Assembly: GCA_964565095.1 (NCBI GenBank)
Contig: CAZMDB010000002.1
Coordinates: 1 to 37,156, forward strand
DNA: 37,156 nt
Direction: 5' to 3'
DNA from: an uncultured Methanosarcinales archaeon
GTDB lineage: Archaea; Nanobdellota; Nanobdellia; Woesearchaeales; DATGWN01
The translations under genes and the position numbers were made by a program. The notes below the pieces were generated by a model. It was not told where the DNA came from and did no database searches. It saw only the letters and a program-made list of their open reading frames with translations. Of this stretch, positions 33,008 to 37,156 are shown in pieces. How positions within the stretch are numbered: the stretch's first letter is position 1; every line of letters starts with the position of its first letter.

Positions 33008-33805
33008 TTATCGTGCGTCCCCTTTGTGCCTGGATTGCTTACAAGCACTTTTTCTACGTAAGAGTTGCATAAAATTATCTACACCGTCCCTGAGAGTATG
33101 CAGCTTGGCCTTCCCTTTTCTGGCACGGTAGGATATGGGCACTTCAAGAACCTTCTTGGAAGTGCGAAATGCTGCAATTTTGATCGCCTGAGAGAAGGAC
33201 ATGCCAGTGTCGCAGACATCGAGAGTATCGAAGAAACTCCTTCGGAACACCCACATTCCACTCTGAGAGTCCTCGATGTCCAGATCAAATAATGCATTGG
33301 TCAGAAAGGTAAGCACCCGGTTCCCAATCATGTGCGTTGCTGTCATACTTTCTTCCTGCAAACCTGCAAATCTGTTGGTTGTCAGAAAATCTAAGTTCTC
33401 ATCAAGAAATAACTTAAGCAGTTTAGGTACCTCGGAAAAGGGATAGGAAAAATCTGCATCCCCTGTTATTACAATATCCCCCCTGCATTGCTCTATGGCT
33501 CGCTGATACTGTATCCCATAACCCTGCGGAGAATGCAAGACACAAGCACCCATACTTTTTGCAATCTCTACCGTATTGTCACGGCTTCCTCCATCAACGA
33601 CGATGATCTCACTTGAAAAGCCCTCCCTTGCTAGACTAGTAGCGGAATCGCGCACCTCGTGCAGAACCAGAGGAAGCGCTTTCTCTTCATTGAGCGTCGG
33701 CAAGACAAACACCAATTTTTGCAGCGCGTTCTTCCTCCAATTTCCCATACCTATCCCCAAATCGATTCCTGTGCAAGACACGTGAGCTCTTCCCGTTTCT
33801 TTCAT
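33008..33805 (-). CDS. GT2-family glycosyltransferase (dolichyl-phosphate hexose synthase-like)
   Basis: Contains VFVLPTLNEEKALP, IIVVDGGSRDNT and ITGDADFSYP (the DxD). The start may instead be the ATG at 33748 (MGNWRKNALQKLVFVLPTLNEE). Confidence 0.8.
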   Translation of the reverse strand: MKETGRAHVSCTGIDLGIGMGNWRKNALQKLVFVLPTLNEEKALPLVLHEVRDSATSLAREGFSSEIIVVDGGSRDNTVEIAKSMGACVLHSPQGYGIQYQRAIEQCRGDIVITGDADFSYPFSEVPKLLKLFLDENLDFLTTNRFAGLQEESMTATHMIGNRVLTFLTNALFDLDIEDSQSGMWVFRRSFFDTLDVCDTGMSFSQAIKIAAFRTSKKVLEVPISYRARKGKAKLHTLRDGVDNFMQLLRRKSACKQSRHKGDAR

Positions 33806-33843
33806 GGAAAACAGCAGGACACCTCTAAGCCTCTTGGTGTAAT

Positions 33844-34159
33844 CTAGACATAATTATTTAAACATTCTCCCTTTTCGTGCAGAAAAAGATATGAGTAGAG
33901 ACTATCGAGGAATCGTAAACCCAAGGTTACATCATATCTGCTATGGCTTTGTTTGCAAGAATCTCTTACACGATGATGATCATCGAATGTGATTATATCC
34001 TTGCCTCCAGTTGCAAACAAAAGATCACCTCGAATGCAGTATCTGAAAAACACAGTCACTACAATCTGCTTGTAACCTGCTCTGTTGGATCTTCTGCAGC
34101 GATACTGTTGGATTCATAATAGGCATCAATGACATGGAGATAGATGAATCGGTTTTCAT
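33844..34159 (-). pseudogene. Decayed GT2 glycosyltransferase, paralogue of 32273..32953
   Basis: - The ATG at 34159 overlaps the GT-C stop (ATGA).
- Frame A reads MKTDSSISMSLMPIMNPTVSLQKIQQ (compare MRKLYIVIAAYNESSSILKVIDA).
- A frameshift near 34083 leads to frame B, AGYKQIVVTVFF...GDLLFATGGKDIITFDDHHRVRD...RYDVTLGLRFL.
- Compare the intact gene: VGYTNIVITDDGSKDDTFF, AEYIITFDADGQHRVED, EYDVTLGSRFL.
- The DDGS and DxD regions are deleted or degraded. Only about 105 codons remain of about 226. Confidence 0.7.
33850..33862 (-). promoter_or_regulatory. Candidate internal TATA box for the distal glycosylation genes
   Basis: Minus strand reads TTTAAATAATTAT, about 50 nt upstream of the ATG at 33805. 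Confidence 0.35.
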
Positions 34160-35982
34160 GTCCTCACCCTCCAGACTTGCGCAACAGTTCTTTCCTGCAG
34201 TGTGTAGTTCCATACAGGCTCGATATATTCCTCCAGATCATATGCCCACGGCTTCATCCCTCTGTAGTTTGCCGGTGATATGATAAGCATATCGAACATT
34301 CGTATTGTATCTCTTTTCTGCGACGGATCAACCCACGTATGCTGCGGAATGTACGAAATATTATACCTTTCCAGTGTATCTCTTGTATCTGGAGAATCAT
34401 AGACGATCAGAGGATCAAATGTCCCGACAACATTTCCTTTGTTATCAATGGTAAATTCAGTACGTATCCAGTTTTCCTCCCAAAACAGATAATCTATCTC
34501 TGAGAGCAATTCCCTCCTTTTCACTGTGTCGTTACCATACAGTATTATTGCTGCTTCCAGATCACGTTGAGGGATATCGAGAAAAGGGTCGTTCTGATGT
34601 GCCCATCGACTGACAAATACTTTACGTCCTGTCAAGGCATGTATCATGAAGCTCTCTTCTTTAGAAGAGAGGAAGACTTGATCAACCGGAATGTTTGACT
34701 TCACGTACTCTTGAAGCTCCGCATGGTGCTGCGCTATAGGTCTACCGGCATTGATAACAAATCTATTATTCTGCATGCCATTGACAAACGAATAGGCATT
34801 CATTATCAAAACTATCACTGCACATGCTATGAGAACAACAGGAACAACAGCCCTTTTACTGGATAACCGCCGATGCAGTAGATCTACCACAAATTGTCCC
34901 CCTATTGCAGCGATCAATCCTATCACAGGAAGAATCCAGAATCCTGACTGCCGACTTGGAACTATGTTGGTGGATAATAAGGGTTCTGTTATAAAATAAG
35001 AAAACAAAACAGCTGCTGCAGCCAGCGCCAGCACTATGATCATCTCTCGTTTATCTTTGCGCTTCCATAAAAATAACGAAACCAATCCTGTCCAGACCAG
35101 TAGCGTACGCAGGCCAGTCACAACTGAACTGAAATTCCAAAAGATATTCTTTATCGTACTGCCCACAAAGTTAATCTGCACGCCATGATCTGCGTAATCA
35201 TCAAAGTCCATATGTGTACGATCATAACTGGATTGAAGACCAAATCCGATTAAAGGCCTGAACCAGACCGGAAGGATGAGAAGTACTGAGACAATAAGCA
35301 ACACTGCGATAATCATCTTGTGTTTTCGTGCGAATGCAAACATGTTCTTCTTTCTCAACATCCCATACAGCGTCACTATAATGCCAATAATCACAGCGCC
35401 GGCAAATGCTATGTTATTTGTCCATGCCAACAGCAAATACGAGAGAGCAAGCAACATCAGATTCTTGGTATCAGAGTAGTTGTAAAATCTGATTAAGACA
35501 TAGAGAAAGAAAGGGGCGAGTACAAATTCAGTAAGCTCCGTATATTTGAAAATGAGACGCGGACCAACAAAAAACGCCGTAATAAGTATGGCAATAAGCT
35601 TGTTTGAAGTGACTTGCCGGAATAAAAAATAGTGTACAATAATTCCTGCCACCATCGCACATAAAGTGATCAATATCATTGCCGATAGCGTACTGCCACT
35701 TATCATGCGAAAGAATGCACCTAAAATGCCATATAGCGGACCATAACCTGCAATGCCATCTACCATGGATGAACTGACCCATGGTGCTCCACCTGAGGCG
35801 ACGTGTTCTATGACTCCTGCCTGAAAGTAATAATCCCCTCCGAATATGGGTGAAGGCAGCGCCTCCAAATTCCGCACTACTGAAATGATGCTTGCTACTG
35901 AAAGGACTATTATCAAGATCAGCACGACTTCAGGTAGCCGCTTTGCCGAATTACTAAGAAATTTCCAATCCTTCTGTTTCAT
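34156..35982 (-). CDS. Polytopic GT-C-like membrane glycosyltransferase candidate (about 12 TM + about 215-aa C-terminal soluble domain)
   Basis: The ATG at 35982 overlaps the upstream GT2 stop (ATGA). There are about 12 hydrophobic segments. Acidic extracytoplasmic loops read GGDYYFQAGVIEH and HMDFDDYADHG. The architecture and the GT2 coupling resemble ArnC/ArnT or Dpm/PMT logic. No WWDYG motif is present. Confidence 0.55.
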   Translation of the reverse strand: MKQKDWKFLSNSAKRLPEVVLILIIVLSVASIISVVRNLEALPSPIFGGDYYFQAGVIEHVASGGAPWVSSSMVDGIAGYGPLYGILGAFFRMISGSTLSAMILITLCAMVAGIIVHYFLFRQVTSNKLIAILITAFFVGPRLIFKYTELTEFVLAPFFLYVLIRFYNYSDTKNLMLLALSYLLLAWTNNIAFAGAVIIGIIVTLYGMLRKKNMFAFARKHKMIIAVLLIVSVLLILPVWFRPLIGFGLQSSYDRTHMDFDDYADHGVQINFVGSTIKNIFWNFSSVVTGLRTLLVWTGLVSLFLWKRKDKREMIIVLALAAAAVLFSYFITEPLLSTNIVPSRQSGFWILPVIGLIAAIGGQFVVDLLHRRLSSKRAVVPVVLIACAVIVLIMNAYSFVNGMQNNRFVINAGRPIAQHHAELQEYVKSNIPVDQVFLSSKEESFMIHALTGRKVFVSRWAHQNDPFLDIPQRDLEAAIILYGNDTVKRRELLSEIDYLFWEENWIRTEFTIDNKGNVVGTFDPLIVYDSPDTRDTLERYNISYIPQHTWVDPSQKRDTIRMFDMLIISPANYRGMKPWAYDLEEYIEPVWNYTLQERTVAQVWRVRT

Positions 35983-36725
35983 CGTAGTCGCTCCATCAAT
36001 AAAATGCCCAGGGCTTCTGCAGCATCCATCCATCCTATCTTTTTTCCATCTATACGTGAACGAGGATAATACCGTATCGGGACTTCAAATATCTTGATGC
36101 CCTGCTTCAGCAATTTCGCTGTGATCTCAGGCTCCCATCCGAAGCGGTCATTCGAAAACTGCAAGAGACTTCCTAGGTCTGCCCTATATGCTTTGTAACA
36201 AGTGGGTTCATCGGAAAGTCTGCTGCCAAATAGTATATTTGTGGCTATGGTAATCACGCGCCCACCTATGTATGCCATGATACTAGAATGATGATGCTTA
36301 CCCCGCAAAATCAGACGTCTAGTCTTTTTACGTTGTTCAAGTATGCGTGATCCGTACACCACATCAGCATCATTTTGCTCAAAACATCGCAACAGTCGTG
36401 CATAATCCCGTGGATCATATTCCAAATCTGCATCCTGCACTATATACACATCGCCCGTAGCACGCTTAAAACCTTCGCGGATCGCCGATCCCTTTCCCCC
36501 ATTCCGCTTTCTCAAAAGAACCATATCGTATTCATTATGCTTCTCCATGAAACCACGAACAAGCTCTGCAGTATGATCCTTGGATCCATCATCAACTATG
36601 ATAATCTCTTTCTGAACTGGTATAGTAACATCAATGACCTTCTGCAACAGCATCTCAATCGTACGTTCTTCATTGTATGCGGGAATAATAATGGAGACCT
36701 TTGTGATTGAGCGCTTAGCTGCCAT
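35979..36725 (-). CDS. GT2-family glycosyltransferase (polyprenyl-phosphate sugar synthase-like)
   Basis: Contains VSIIIPAYNEERTIE, IIIVDDGSKDHT and YIVQDADLEYDP (the DxD). Confidence 0.85.
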   Translation of the reverse strand: MAAKRSITKVSIIIPAYNEERTIEMLLQKVIDVTIPVQKEIIIVDDGSKDHTAELVRGFMEKHNEYDMVLLRKRNGGKGSAIREGFKRATGDVYIVQDADLEYDPRDYARLLRCFEQNDADVVYGSRILEQRKKTRRLILRGKHHHSSIMAYIGGRVITIATNILFGSRLSDEPTCYKAYRADLGSLLQFSNDRFGWEPEITAKLLKQGIKIFEVPIRYYPRSRIDGKKIGWMDAAEALGILLMERLR

Positions 36726-36738
36726 AGATATTCCTCAG

Positions 36739-37156
36739 TCACTCCAGGTCCGCAAAATACGCTTCCCAGTCCACCTGCCACACAATGATCCGCTGTCCTG
36801 TCACATCCCTTACATCGCTGAATCTGCTAAAATATCGCGTGTCTCCGCCTTCTACAAAGAAAAGCTTACTGAATACACTCTCTGCAAGTGGATTCTGAGA
36901 TGCTACTGTGAAGATATCATCACCATCTCTCCATACGGTGACTCCTACAGACTGCTCTGCTTCTTGGAATTGGGAAACACTCTGCACAAATGGGGTACTG
37001 GTGTTCTGCCTCTGATAATACACAGTACGTCCCGCAGGTACGAATCCTCCTTGTGCATTCACATAAGCCTGCCCTGAAGTAGCATTATAGATGATCCCAT
37101 TTGAACACTCCCACATTTCAGGGCCCTCAGGATTCACACCACAGGTCCCCTTTCGG
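36739..37156 (-). CDS. C-terminal part of a probably secreted protein of unknown function; the ORF is open to the right edge
   Basis: The frame stays open upstream of the track's GTG start, reading ...RKGTCGVNPEGPEMWECSNG.... It shares the TC-x(n)-WEC hairpin motif with the 793..3108 protein. Its stop lies 13 nt before the GT2 ATG. Confidence 0.55.
   Translation of the reverse strand, partial: RKGTCGVNPEGPEMWECSNGIIYNATSGQAYVNAQGGFVPAGRTVYYQRQNTSTPFVQSVSQFQEAEQSVGVTVWRDGDDIFTVASQNPLAESVFSKLFFVEGGDTRYFSRFSDVRDVTGQRIIVWQVDWEAYFADLE

Noticed and set aside
34156-35982. Calling the 608-aa polytopic protein AglB (archaeal oligosaccharyltransferase)
   Set aside because: No WWDYG motif and no DK/MI-type motif is recognisable in the C-terminal domain. 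Only the general GT-C-like architecture is supported, so it is reported as a GT-C candidate.

Overview
This looks like an archaeal chromosomal segment, probably from an uncultivated lineage, with mid-range GC by eye. Evidence for archaeal origin:
- Cbf5-type pseudouridine synthase with a PUA domain.
- Membrane-inserted LonB protease.
- Geranylgeranyl-reductase family enzyme.
- A class III (prepilin-like) signal peptide.
- A/T-rich TATA boxes about 25-35 nt upstream of several start codons, implying leaderless or short-leader mRNAs.
- T-run terminators.

Layout:
- 1-12 kb: housekeeping and membrane genes. These are ileS (partial), a secreted tail-fibre-like Cys-rich protein, and a trxA / split HAE3-RND exporter / CARDB-like surface protein / DUF2892 operon. 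A wHTH regulator, corA, a pilin-like protein, a stomatin (SPFH) and cbf5 follow.
- 12-15 kb: a beta-propeller lipoprotein and a decayed Na+/Ca2+-exchanger pseudogene.
- 15-37 kb: one co-directional minus-strand block. It holds lonB, a histidine kinase, and a wHTH-REC-degenerate-GGDEF response regulator. Next come three large envelope proteins (927, 425 and about 1147 aa).
- The block ends in a lipid-linked glycosylation cluster: GGR paralogue, wecB, GT4, GT2+DUF2304, GT2, a GT2 pseudogene and a GT2+GT-C pair.

Many junctions are 4-nt ATGA overlaps, which suggests translational coupling.

I found no CRISPR array, tRNA/rRNA, transposase, integrase or recognisable defence system.

The most interesting candidates:
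- The envelope-protein plus glycosylation island, which has no recognisable AglB.
- The degenerate GGDEF regulator, with helically phased 10-bp repeats just upstream.
- An AT-hook-like cytoplasmic loop inside a polytopic, sequon-dense surface protein.
- A GGR paralogue translationally coupled to wecB.

All functional calls come from motif reading by eye. No database search was run.
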